Of a stretch of DNA of 43,318 nt, positions 9,702 to 18,399 are shown piece by piece. Numbering within the stretch: position 1 is the stretch's first letter; every line of letters starts with the position of its first letter. The position numbers and the translations under genes are program-made. The stretch comes from Candidatus Firestoneibacteriota bacterium (GTDB lineage: Bacteria; Oederibacteriota; D2-FULL-39-29; JBDRBU01): NCBI GenBank assembly GCA_043822305.1, contig JBDRBU010000078.1:1-43318 (forward strand), given 5' to 3'. The notes under the pieces were generated by a model. The model was not told where the DNA came from and did not search any database. It worked only from the letters and a program-made list of their open reading frames with translations.

Positions 9702-10191
9702 TAAGTCCTTTTTTCACGCTTGTTTCAGTGGTATGCCTTAATCTTGCTGCTAAAATTTGGGCTAATTTTAATAAGACTTTCGAACCTAATTTTGGTTCTC
9801 TTTGAAGCAGTGTTAAAAAATCTGGTCTATAGAATCCTAATACTTCTGTTTTAACTATGGCCGTTGCTGTGGCTGAACGAGGATCTTCATCAAGTAAAGC
9901 AAGTTCTCCAAAAAACTCTTTTTCTTTTAAGACGGCTACCTCAACTTCTTTTAAATCTCTTTTTTTAGTTAATCTAATACTTCCATTTTTTATGATATAC
10001 ATCCCTGCTCCGGGTTCTTTTTCATGAAATACAACCTCATTTGACAAATAAGACCTCTCGTGAGTAATGAGTTCAATTTTTTTAAGTTCTAATTCATTTA
10101 AACCTCCAAATATGGGTATTTTTTCTAAGATCTTAGCTACTTCACTCTTTTCTCCGAATATTTTATTTTTAATTATTTGAATTATATTCAT
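9682..10191 (-). CDS. Stand-alone cyclic nucleotide-binding domain protein
   Basis: Phosphate-binding cassette FFGELALL...PRSATA; no HTH. Confidence 0.9.
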   Translation of the reverse strand: MNIIQIIKNKIFGEKSEVAKILEKIPIFGGLNELELKKIELITHERSYLSNEVVFHEKEPGAGMYIIKNGSIRLTKKRDLKEVEVAVLKEKEFFGELALLDEDPRSATATAIVKTEVLGFYRPDFLTLLQREPKLGSKVLLKLAQILAARLRHTTETSVKKGLNDDSKS

Positions 10192-10215
10192 TTTTGAAAC
10201 TCCTTTTAATTATAT

Positions 10216-11733
10216 TTATTTAAATTCTTTTTTAAAATGATTAATTGCTTTTTTTAGTTCTTCAATATTTTTTTCATCCAAGTCTTTTTTATTTTTTATA
10301 TCCTGAACTAATCTTAAATAATTTTCATCCATGAATTTATAAAGTTCAGATTCAAACAATTTTATTTTATCATTTGGGATATCGTCCAAAAATCCTTGAA
10401 TTCCGGCAAAGAGTATAATGATTTGTTTTTCTACCGCGAGTGGCTGATACTGGTTTTGTTTTAGTATTTCAACCATTTTCTGGCCCCTGAATAACTGTGA
10501 TTGCGTGGCTTTATCTAATTCCGCACCAAATTGCGTAAAAGTTACTAATTCCCAGTATTGTGATAAATCTAATCTTAATTTGCCAGCAACTTTTTTCATG
10601 GCTTTATTTTGGGCAGAACCACCAACACGGGAAACGGAAAGTCCAACATTTATTGCGGGTCTAATGCCAGAATAAAATAAACCACTTTCTAAATATATCT
10701 GACCATCAGTAATAGAAATTACATTTGTTGGAATGTAGGCGGAAACATCCCCGGCTTGAGTTTCAATAATTGGAATTGCAGTTAAAGAGCCACCTCCTCT
10801 TGCATCATTCAACTTAGAAGCTCGTTCCAATAACCTTGAATGTAAGTAAAATATATCACCGGGATATGCTTCTCTTCCGGGAGGTCGTCTTAAAAGTAAC
10901 GAGAGCTGTCTATACGCTACGGCATGTTTTGAAAGGTCATCGTATATAACTAATGCATGTTTTCCATTATCTCTAATCTCTTCTCCAAGGCTACAACCAG
11001 CATATGGAGCCATGTACTGTAAAGACGCGGGGTCACTGGCCGTATTAGATACAATAATAGTATGGTCAAGAGCATCATACATTTCTAATGTTTTTACAAC
11101 CTGAGCCACTGTTGATTTTTTCTGACCTATGGCCACATAGATACATATAACACCAGTATCTTTTTGGTTTATTATTGTATCAATAGCTATTGTAGTTTTT
11201 CCGGTCTGTCTATCTCCTATAATTAGCTCTCTTTGACCCCTGCCTATAGGTATCATGGCATCAATAGATTTTATTCCAGTTTGTAAAGGTTCTCTTACCG
11301 GAAGTCTTTCAACCACCGTAGGCGCTCTAACCTCTATCGGCTTAAATTTTTTAGCCACAATAGGACCTTTGCCATCTAAAGGATTTCCAAGTGAATCAAT
11401 CACTCGCCCCAGAAGTTCTTTACCCACAGGTACTTGCATGACTTTTCCAGTACATTTAACGACATCTCCTTCTTTTATCTTTTTATCATCTCCTAAGATA
11501 ACAACACCTACATTATCCCGCTCTAAATTTAATGCTATTCCGGAAACATTATTTGGAAATTCAACAATCTCAAAAGACCTTACTTCGTCTAATCCATATA
11601 CTCTTGATATACCATCTCCTACTTGAAGCACTATGCCGGTATTTTTTTTATCATATTTACTTTCATAGTTTTTTATTAAATCTTTCAGTATGGAAGTTAT
11701 TTCTTCCGGATTTGTTTTTATTTCTTTAACCAT
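10216..11733 (-). CDS. atpA: F1 ATP synthase subunit alpha
   Basis: [34 protein letters not shown]. Confidence 0.98.
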   Translation of the reverse strand: MVKEIKTNPEEITSILKDLIKNYESKYDKKNTGIVLQVGDGISRVYGLDEVRSFEIVEFPNNVSGIALNLERDNVGVVILGDDKKIKEGDVVKCTGKVMQVPVGKELLGRVIDSLGNPLDGKGPIVAKKFKPIEVRAPTVVERLPVREPLQTGIKSIDAMIPIGRGQRELIIGDRQTGKTTIAIDTIINQKDTGVICIYVAIGQKKSTVAQVVKTLEMYDALDHTIIVSNTASDPASLQYMAPYAGCSLGEEIRDNGKHALVIYDDLSKHAVAYRQLSLLLRRPPGREAYPGDIFYLHSRLLERASKLNDARGGGSLTAIPIIETQAGDVSAYIPTNVISITDGQIYLESGLFYSGIRPAINVGLSVSRVGGSAQNKAMKKVAGKLRLDLSQYWELVTFTQFGAELDKATQSQLFRGQKMVEILKQNQYQPLAVEKQIIILFAGIQGFLDDIPNDKIKLFESELYKFMDENYLRLVQDIKNKKDLDEKNIEELKKAINHFKKEFK

Positions 11734-11768
11734 AGTTCACTCCTAATGTTATAATGTTATTCCTGTTA

Positions 11769-11800
11769 TTCCCCCTTAATAAAGGGGGTGAGGGGGTTGT
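11769..11800. repeat. CCCCC/GGGGG palindromic repeat, copy 2
   Basis: Reverse complement is 31/32 identical to 891-922; abuts the atpH stop. Confidence 0.85.
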
Positions 11801-12331
11801 TTAACTCAGTAAAATGTTTTGAACCTTAATTAACTGATTTCTTAAACTCCCGTCTATAATTTCGTTTCCAATTTTTATAAGTATTCCACCGATTAAATCT
11901 TTATTGATTTTAAAATTTAGTATAAATGTTTTTTTATATTTCTTTTCCAATGTGTTTTTAATTTTGATTTTCTGAGAGTCTTCTAGATTCATTGGACTTA
12001 TTACTTCTCCAGCCACTATACTGTTCTGCTCCAAATGAATATTAACAAAGGCATTATAAATGTCTAAAAAATAAACTATTCTTTTTTTATCAATAAGAAT
12101 GTTTAGAAAATTTTTCACAGAGTGGCAAACCCTAGAACCAAATAATTTGTTAATAATTAGTTTTTTTTCTTCATGAGAAACATTAGGGTTGGCAATGATT
12201 TTCATAATATCAGAAGTTAATATATTCTTAATAAAATTTAAATTGTCCATTACCACTTCAATATTTTTATCTTCCTGAGCCACTTTAAATAAAGCAGTAG
12301 CATATTTTTTGCTTATGGTTTTAGGTAGCAT
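11801..12331 (-). CDS. atpH: ATP synthase subunit delta
   Basis: KKYATALF, LIGG..IKIG..IIDGSL; position in operon. Confidence 0.93.
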   Translation of the reverse strand: MLPKTISKKYATALFKVAQEDKNIEVVMDNLNFIKNILTSDIMKIIANPNVSHEEKKLIINKLFGSRVCHSVKNFLNILIDKKRIVYFLDIYNAFVNIHLEQNSIVAGEVISPMNLEDSQKIKIKNTLEKKYKKTFILNFKINKDLIGGILIKIGNEIIDGSLRNQLIKVQNILLS

Positions 12332-12365
12332 AGCCCTCTCAAGTTATTTTGATTCCCCCTTTTAA

Positions 12366-12397
12366 TTCCCCCTTGATAAAGGGGGTGAGGGGGTTGT
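12366..12397. repeat. CCCCC/GGGGG palindromic repeat, copy 3
   Basis: TTCCCCCTTGATAAAGGGGGTGAGGGGGTTGT between atpF and atpH. Confidence 0.85.
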
Positions 12398-12402
12398 CCT
12401 TC

Positions 12403-12891
12403 TTATTTTTCCCCGCTAATTTCTTCTAAAATCCCATCAATTAATTTTTCCTGCGTTTTTTTGTCAATACTTTCTCTAATTACTTTTTCTGCAATAGAAA
12501 CGGCTAAATTCGCTACTTCGGTTCGTAATTCCTTAAACATTTTTTCTTTTTCTATCTCTATTTTCTCGTATGTTTTATCAAGTATGGCTTTAGCTTCTTC
12601 TCTGGCTTTAAGGATTATCTCATTTTTAACTTCGATGCCTTCTTTTGTTGCGATTTTTACTCCTTCTTGAATTTTTTTATCTATTTCGGCAAGATTTTTC
12701 TCATAATCACCTTTTAATTTCTGTACTTCATTTTTTTGCTGTTCAATATTATTTAATGTTTGTTTAATATTAGTTGCTCTTTCAGATAGTATTTTTAAAA
12801 AATATTTTACAAATACTTTCCAGATTAATACCATTCCAATAATAAAAGTAACTATTTGAATTGCTAATATTTTCCAATCTATATCTAACAT
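12403..12891 (-). CDS. atpF: ATP synthase subunit b
   Basis: N-terminal TM helix, ER motif, long charged helix, AEKVI; position in operon. Confidence 0.92.
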   Translation of the reverse strand: MLDIDWKILAIQIVTFIIGMVLIWKVFVKYFLKILSERATNIKQTLNNIEQQKNEVQKLKGDYEKNLAEIDKKIQEGVKIATKEGIEVKNEIILKAREEAKAILDKTYEKIEIEKEKMFKELRTEVANLAVSIAEKVIRESIDKKTQEKLIDGILEEISGEK

Positions 12892-12895
12892 AAAT

Positions 12896-13276
12896 TTAGT
12901 TTTTCTTTGGTTCTTTAATTGGTTCGGTTTTTAATTTTTCTTCTAAATCTTTTTTATCTACTTCTAATTTGATTTTTTCCATTTCTAATTTTAATACTTC
13001 AATCTCTGACTTTACTTTTTCAACATTTAAGTAGGGTGTTGTATATGGATTAGCAAAGATGATTATAAGGGATACAATAAGAACGTAAATTGCAAGAGAT
13101 TCGATGAGGGCTAATCCTAATATTAACGAGCCTTGTATTGAACCAGCTGCTTCTGGCTGTCTGGCTATTCCTTCTAATGCTTTTGAAGTGGCCCAGCCTT
13201 GTGCAAATGCTGTAAGTATAGAACCGATAGCTATGGCAGCACCGGCTACTATTATAGATACTATAAAGATTGTCAT
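12896..13276 (-). CDS. atpE: ATP synthase subunit c with C-terminal coiled-coil extension
   Basis: ARQPE loop, LIESLAIY ion-binding helix, FANP end followed by 49 extra mostly charged residues. Confidence 0.93.
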   Translation of the reverse strand: MTIFIVSIIVAGAAIAIGSILTAFAQGWATSKALEGIARQPEAAGSIQGSLILGLALIESLAIYVLIVSLIIIFANPYTTPYLNVEKVKSEIEVLKLEMEKIKLEVDKKDLEEKLKTEPIKEPKKN

Positions 13277-13342
13277 ATTTTTTTCCTCCTTTTTAGATAT
13301 GAGGCCCAGTAAAATTTCACAGAGCTCTCTAAAATTTTATTT

Positions 13343-14068
13343 TTAATGTTGTTCGCCAGTTTCTATTGCCCCGGCTATATATACCATTGAAAGTAAAGTA
13401 AATACTAAAGCCTGAATAAAACTTACCAAGACACCAAGTAACATTATAAGAGGTCTCAATATTAGAGGAAACACTGACAGAATTATACCAATTTTAGGTA
13501 TAGAAGAGAAAGCTACAAATAATACAGCAAGTATTCCTAATAATATCTCTTTGGCCATTATGTTTCCAAATAAACGGATTGATAAAGATAAGGGTCTTGC
13601 TAATTCACTTATTATATGAATAGGAAAAAGTATAGGAGATAGCCAGTAAGGCGGCCCTAAAAAATGTTTAAAGTATCGCCATAATCCTTTTTCTTTTATT
13701 CCAAAGTAGTGAATGGAGAAAAATATAATTAAGGCTAGAGATATTGTAACATTTATATTACTGGTTGGAGACTTAAACCCTGGTATTAATCCTATTAAAT
13801 TTGAAAAAAGGATAAACAAAAATAAAGTTATAAATAATGGTAAAAATCTTGGGCCATTTTCTCCCAGAAATTCTTTTGATTTTAAGATAATCCATTCTAC
13901 AATATATTCAACAGCGTTTTGTAATCCAACAGGAGATTTACTTATTTTTCTTTTTGCAAATAAACATAATGTTATAATAATAACCATAACAATCCAGGAC
14001 ATGGTAACCACATCAGGGATTCCGGGTATTTTAATCAAAATTATTTCTTTTAAAACGCCTTCTTCCAT
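13343..14068 (-). CDS. atpB: ATP synthase subunit a
   Basis: SPTSNIN, RPLSLSIRLFGN, IQALVFTLL. Confidence 0.96.
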   Translation of the reverse strand: MEEGVLKEIILIKIPGIPDVVTMSWIVMVIIITLCLFAKRKISKSPVGLQNAVEYIVEWIILKSKEFLGENGPRFLPLFITLFLFILFSNLIGLIPGFKSPTSNINVTISLALIIFFSIHYFGIKEKGLWRYFKHFLGPPYWLSPILFPIHIISELARPLSLSIRLFGNIMAKEILLGILAVLFVAFSSIPKIGIILSVFPLILRPLIMLLGVLVSFIQALVFTLLSMVYIAGAIETGEQH

Positions 14069-14077
14069 AATTACCTT

Positions 14078-14175
14078 GACTTTCCATAATGTAAATAAAT
14101 AATACTTATCCTGTCCCTGAGCCTTGCGAATGGTACAGGGTTAGGAATAGTTGTTCGCCAAAGCGAACAGACTAT
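14078..14175 (-). repeat. 61-bp hairpin element, copy C, carrying a ~36-bp palindromic insertion
   Basis: Matches the 14646-14767 units on both sides of the insertion at ~14105-14140. Confidence 0.8.
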
Positions 14176-14441
14176 GACTTAAAAAACAATCTAAAAGGTG
14201 AAATTAAAGTAACAACAATCAAAGAAACTGCCGTGGCTATAAAAGTTGTTCGACCAAGTAACTTAACGACTAAAATTAAAACACAAGTTAGAATTATAAA
14301 TCTTATTAAGTAACCTATTATGGCGAATTTTCTGCCCTTATTTTTTTCTAAAATTAAAGATTTCTTTACGGTTAAATATAACAAGTAAGAATTAATAATA
14401 CCTGTTAAAACTCCGATAACAATCCCTAATATTATACTCAT
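14172..14441 (-). CDS. atpI: ATP synthase protein I-like membrane protein
   Basis: Hydrophobic 89 aa with YLIR motif, directly upstream of atpB. Confidence 0.7.
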   Translation of the reverse strand: MSIILGIVIGVLTGIINSYLLYLTVKKSLILEKNKGRKFAIIGYLIRFIILTCVLILVVKLLGRTTFIATAVSLIVVTLISPFRLFFKS

Positions 14442-14644
14442 TTTATCTTATTTAATCCACTAAATATGTTTAAAAACCCAGCCATGATTCCTAATATTAA
14501 AAAAATTAAAGTAAAAATTGGAGAAGAGCTAAATAAATCATCTAAAAAAATACCAAAACCAAGTCCAACGAATATAGAAACTACTAATGTCATTCCAATA
14601 CTGCTGGCCCACCCTAATTTAACTAAAGATTTAAAGTCAGTCAT
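14438..14644 (-). CDS. atpZ: AtpZ/AtpI family protein
   Basis: G..LD..F.SSPIF....LILGIMAGF pattern; first gene of the operon. Confidence 0.8.
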   Translation of the reverse strand: MTDFKSLVKLGWASSIGMTLVVSIFVGLGFGIFLDDLFSSSPIFTLIFLILGIMAGFLNIFSGLNKIK

Positions 14645-14645
14645 T

Positions 14646-14767
14646 GACTCTCCATAATGTAATAAATAATATCAGAAATAGTTGGTTCCGAAAGTAACCA
14701 GACTATGACTTCCCATAATGTAAACAAATAATATCAGGAATAGTTGGTTACGAAGTAACCAGACTAT
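14646..14767 (-). repeat. Two tandem 61-bp hairpin elements (copies A and B)
   Basis: 14646-14706 and 14707-14767 are direct repeats. Confidence 0.9.
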
Positions 14768-14834
14768 AAATAATAATAACATAAAGAGAGTGGAAATATC
14801 AATATAAAATTATAATGTCTTTGCCTTTTTAATA

Positions 14835-14863
14835 TTGTATTCTTTAATGAATTATGTTATAAT
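14835..14863 (+). promoter_or_regulatory. Sigma70-type promoter for the micropeptide/pseudopilin operon
   Basis: TTGTAT-17 bp-TATAAT with extended -10 TG. Confidence 0.65.
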
Positions 14864-14889
14864 TTGTAAATCAAAAGGAGGATAACCTT

Positions 14890-14937
14890 ATGTGCGGTTC
14901 TTGTGGATGTTCCAAAAAAACTAAAAAGAAAAAATAA
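14890..14937 (+). CDS. 15-aa Cys-rich basic micropeptide MCGSCGCSKKTKKKK (not in the ORF track)
   Basis: AGGAGG SD at 14876-14881, 8 nt before the ATG; promoter just upstream; stop overlaps the TAAGGA SD of the next gene. Confidence 0.65.
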   Translation: MCGSCGCSKKTKKKK

Positions 14938-14950
14938 GGATATCTTGTAT

Positions 14951-15364
14951 ATGCTTTTAAAGAAAAAAAAGTTGATAATAGGTTTTACACTAATAGAACT
15001 TATGATTGTTGTAGCCGTATTAGGGCTTATTGCTGCTGTGGCCATCCCTAAATTCGGAGAACTTTTAGAGAGAAGCAGGGAAGGCACAACAAAGGGAAAT
15101 ATTGGCGCAATAAGATCTGCTATAGCAGTCTACTATAGTGATAATGAAGGTAAATATCCTGATGACTTTTTATCTTTTAATAAATATTTAGAACCAATAC
15201 CGAGTGCAAAGGCAACTCCTTTGGGGAATACAAATGCTATTACTCTACAAGCAGGTATTCCAACTTCAGCCGGTGTTGGCTGGTCATATGATAGTGATAC
15301 TGGTGAAACTTGGTGCAATAGTACCGCGTTAGATACACGGGGAGTTTCATTTACAAGTTATTAA
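14951..15364 (+). CDS. Type IV pilin / GspG-like pseudopilin
   Basis: Basic leader followed by G|FTLIELMIVV prepilin cleavage motif; ATG 14951 has an SD, unlike the listed GTG at 14903. Confidence 0.88.
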   Translation: MLLKKKKLIIGFTLIELMIVVAVLGLIAAVAIPKFGELLERSREGTTKGNIGAIRSAIAVYYSDNEGKYPDDFLSFNKYLEPIPSAKATPLGNTNAITLQAGIPTSAGVGWSYDSDTGETWCNSTALDTRGVSFTSY

Positions 15365-15396
15365 TATAAAAACAAAATATAAAAGGAGGTAAATTT

Positions 15397-16080
15397 ATGC
15401 CAGAAAATATGAGTTTATTGCAGGCAATAGGTAGAAATGTTTGGGCATTACTTACTATTGCGGTTTTAATAGTTTGTTCATTTTTATCAGTATATTTTAT
15501 GATAGAAAGGTTTTTAAGATATAAAAAAGCAAAAATAGATACAACACATTTGCTTGGTAAAATTAGAAGGATATTAATTAAAAATGGGAAGTTTAACAAA
15601 ACGAACATTCCTCAAGCATTAGATTTATGTAAAGAGACAAGAGGTCCAGTTGCTGTTACTTTAATGGCTGGATTAGTAAAATTCTCATGTCCAAAAGAGG
15701 AAATAGAAGACAACATGCAAAAAACTGCATTAGAAGAAGTTTCTAAATTAGAGCAAAATCTTGTAGTAATTGGAAGTATTGGAAGCGTTGCTCCATTTAT
15801 AGGATTACTTGGAACAGTTATTGGTGTAACGGAATCTTTTATGAGATTATCATCCATGGGAGGTGGAGGGATAAATGTAGTTGGCGCAGGTATAGCTCAG
15901 GCATTAGTTGCGACTATTATAGGATTATTTGTAGCCATCCCTGCGGTTGTTGGCTATAACATTCTTATCCGCATGGTAAACAATTTTTCTACCGAGATGA
16001 CAACAAGTTCAGTAGAACTTATAAGTATTATCACGACAAAAAGTATTGGGAAAGAAGACTTAGAAGAAACAAAGGAGTAA
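15397..16080 (+). CDS. MotA/TolQ/ExbB proton channel protein
   Basis: APFIGLLGTVIG, GIAQALVAT..GLFVAIPA. Confidence 0.93.
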   Translation: MPENMSLLQAIGRNVWALLTIAVLIVCSFLSVYFMIERFLRYKKAKIDTTHLLGKIRRILIKNGKFNKTNIPQALDLCKETRGPVAVTLMAGLVKFSCPKEEIEDNMQKTALEEVSKLEQNLVVIGSIGSVAPFIGLLGTVIGVTESFMRLSSMGGGGINVVGAGIAQALVATIIGLFVAIPAVVGYNILIRMVNNFSTEMTTSSVELISIITTKSIGKEDLEETKE

Positions 16081-16083
16081 TTC

Positions 16084-16500
16084 ATGATAAATCTAAATAA
16101 AGAAAGAAAAGTATTCTCAGAGATAAATATTACCCCTTTAACAGATGTGGCCTTAGTCCTTCTCATTATATTTATGATTACGGCCCCACTAATAATGCAG
16201 TCCGGTATAAAAGTAAAACTGCCTGGAGCAGTAACATCAGATTTTTCGCCAGAGAAAAATATTATCTTAACTATCCCCGCGGATGGAAAGGTATATCTGG
16301 GTAATCAGGAGATTGCTTTAAAAGATTTATTTGAGCCGATGGCTGCTTTACTTGCTATTAGCCAAACTAAAATTGTAGTAATAAATGCCGATAAAGATGT
16401 TGCGCATGGTATTGTTGTTTCTGTCCTTGATATAGCCAGGCAGGCTGGTGCAGAAAAATTATTTGAATCTACCGAGCATAAAGAACTGATTAAAAAGTAA
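16084..16500 (+). CDS. ExbD/TolR family protein
   Basis: EINITPLTDVALVLLIIFMITAP with the conserved Asp. Confidence 0.93.
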   Translation: MINLNKERKVFSEINITPLTDVALVLLIIFMITAPLIMQSGIKVKLPGAVTSDFSPEKNIILTIPADGKVYLGNQEIALKDLFEPMAALLAISQTKIVVINADKDVAHGIVVSVLDIARQAGAEKLFESTEHKELIKK

Positions 16501-16545
16501 GGACAGGTCGCAACCTATCATTACGAAATCCAAAAGGGTTGTTTT

Positions 16546-17796
16546 ATGATAATGGATAAGATTTCTAAAATATCGTTTTTTATAACTTTAATTGGACATA
16601 CTATTATTGTGGTCGCAGTTGGAATTATTATATCCATGCCAGCAAAAGAATATATACCTTTAGTTGAAATTAGTTTAGTAAATCTTCCAAAAAAACTCAC
16701 AGAAGGAATTAATTTGCCAGGCGGACCATCTGAGGGAACGAAGGAAAAAATTCAACAACCTAAATCGACAGAAAGTTTACTTCCTCCTTCAGAAGTGGGA
16801 GTTACTCAGGATGTTGGATTAATTAACTCTATAGATATAGTTGGAAGTGGTGTTGCCAAAAATTTATTTTTTAGAGAAGGAAAAGTTGCTGGATTTTCAT
16901 TTACTGGTAGTGGAATTCGCAAGGCAAAACCAGATAATGTTTTTATTAAATTTTCTGTAATATCTGATATCTCAAATACTTTAAGGGCAGCAGAGATAAG
17001 CATAGGAAGAAAAATAGATTTTGTAATATACAATGTAGGAAGACGGCTTTCTATAAAAAAAGAAGATTTTAAAGTAACAGCACCTAAACTACAGATGATA
17101 GAACAGGTTATAAAGGCACCATCATCAGATGATAAAGGAGGTTCTTCAAAAAAAGAGCATAAGTATACAATTGCAAAGAATATCATCGTAAATAATCTTG
17201 GTAATAGGAAATTAGTAGATATATGCGAAATCATTGATATGGCTATTAATTATGGAGCAGTGGCTATATCTCAAACTTCTGCTGATAATCCAAGTTGGGT
17301 ACAAAGTTCAAAAGCATTAGGAGAAAAAAATTCATCTGTTTCATCATCACGAGGAATGCCAAAAACAAATGTAGATTTTGAGATGCAATCACCTTCAAAT
17401 GAACTTATAAATTATTATCTTAAGGCGGAAACATTTGAAAGAATGATAAAAGAAGCGAAGGATGAAGCATTACAGGATGCAAAAAAACAGGTTGAGAATG
17501 TAAAAAAAGTACTACATTTTGATGAGAAAGAAATGGAAATAAAATTTGATGAAAGTACTTCTACTTTAATAAGCGAAGAGGATGAAATAGTAGTAAAGGT
17601 TGATGTTACGGCAGTTCTTTATAGACCTAAAAAATCAGAGAAAGATGTTGAGTTAGAAGAATTCTGGACGGAAAAAAAGACTCAAGAAAACGAAAAGAGA
17701 ATGAAAGAGATTATGAATAATATAGAGAATATTAAAAAAGATGTTAAAGATATGAATGTGAAAGAGAAGGTAGATTCAGTTGAAGAAGGGGAGTAA
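16546..17796 (+). CDS. TonB/TolA-like anchored protein with a SIMPL(DUF541)-like domain
   Basis: TM helix with TxxxH; FTGSG...KPD and EAKDEALQDAKKQVE patterns resemble SIMPL. Confidence 0.55.
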   Translation: MIMDKISKISFFITLIGHTIIVVAVGIIISMPAKEYIPLVEISLVNLPKKLTEGINLPGGPSEGTKEKIQQPKSTESLLPPSEVGVTQDVGLINSIDIVGSGVAKNLFFREGKVAGFSFTGSGIRKAKPDNVFIKFSVISDISNTLRAAEISIGRKIDFVIYNVGRRLSIKKEDFKVTAPKLQMIEQVIKAPSSDDKGGSSKKEHKYTIAKNIIVNNLGNRKLVDICEIIDMAINYGAVAISQTSADNPSWVQSSKALGEKNSSVSSSRGMPKTNVDFEMQSPSNELINYYLKAETFERMIKEAKDEALQDAKKQVENVKKVLHFDEKEMEIKFDESTSTLISEEDEIVVKVDVTAVLYRPKKSEKDVELEEFWTEKKTQENEKRMKEIMNNIENIKKDVKDMNVKEKVDSVEEGE

Positions 17797-17808
17797 CTGG
17801 AGAAATTC

Positions 17809-18399
17809 ATGCATTTAGAGCAGTTTCCAGTATATAAAGCAATTACAGAAAGGCGAACTATTCGCAGGTTTAAACAGGACAAGATATCAGATGAGATACT
17901 AAAAAAATTAGTTAACGCGGGAAGACTTGCTCCATCTGGTGCTAATCTTCAACCAATAGAATATATTATCGTAAATGATGAGGCGTTAGTAGTTGAAGTT
18001 TTTAAAAATGTTAAATGGGCTGGCTATATTACTCCAAAAGGCAATCCAAAAGAAGGAGAAAAACCTACGGCTTATATTATAGTTCTTGTCGATAGAGATA
18101 ATAAGGGAACAACAGCAAATTATGATGTAGGTGCAGCCGTAGAAAATGTTTTGTTGACTTCTGGGGAAGAAGAAATTGGAACTTGTTGGATGGGTTCTAT
18201 TGATAGGGAAAATTTAAGAAAGATTTTTAATGTGCCTAATGATTTTATAATTGATTCTGTTATAGCCTTAGGATATAAAGGAGAGAATCCTGTAGTTGAG
18301 GAATACAAAGGTTCGGTTAAGTACTGGAAAGATGAAGGTGATATTTTACATATCCCCAAGAGAAATCTAAAAGATATCCTACACTGGAATAAGTTTTAA
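17809..18399 (+). CDS. Nitroreductase family protein
   Basis: RRTIRRF, APSGANLQP, GTCWMG. Confidence 0.93.
   Translation: MHLEQFPVYKAITERRTIRRFKQDKISDEILKKLVNAGRLAPSGANLQPIEYIIVNDEALVVEVFKNVKWAGYITPKGNPKEGEKPTAYIIVLVDRDNKGTTANYDVGAAVENVLLTSGEEEIGTCWMGSIDRENLRKIFNVPNDFIIDSVIALGYKGENPVVEEYKGSVKYWKDEGDILHIPKRNLKDILHWNKF

Noticed and set aside
14707..14740. The chromosomal dif site
   Set aside because: Only one arm and the spacer resemble dif, the second arm at 6-bp spacing is absent, and the element is multicopy
14646..14767. CRISPR array or classical integron attC array
   Set aside because: Units are contiguous with no unique spacers; no cas or intI genes; no RYYYAAC/GTTRRRY core boxes
14903..14950. 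Listed GTG start of the pilin ORF
   Set aside because: No suitably spaced SD; the strong SD fits the micropeptide ATG, and ATG 14951 gives a normal prepilin leader
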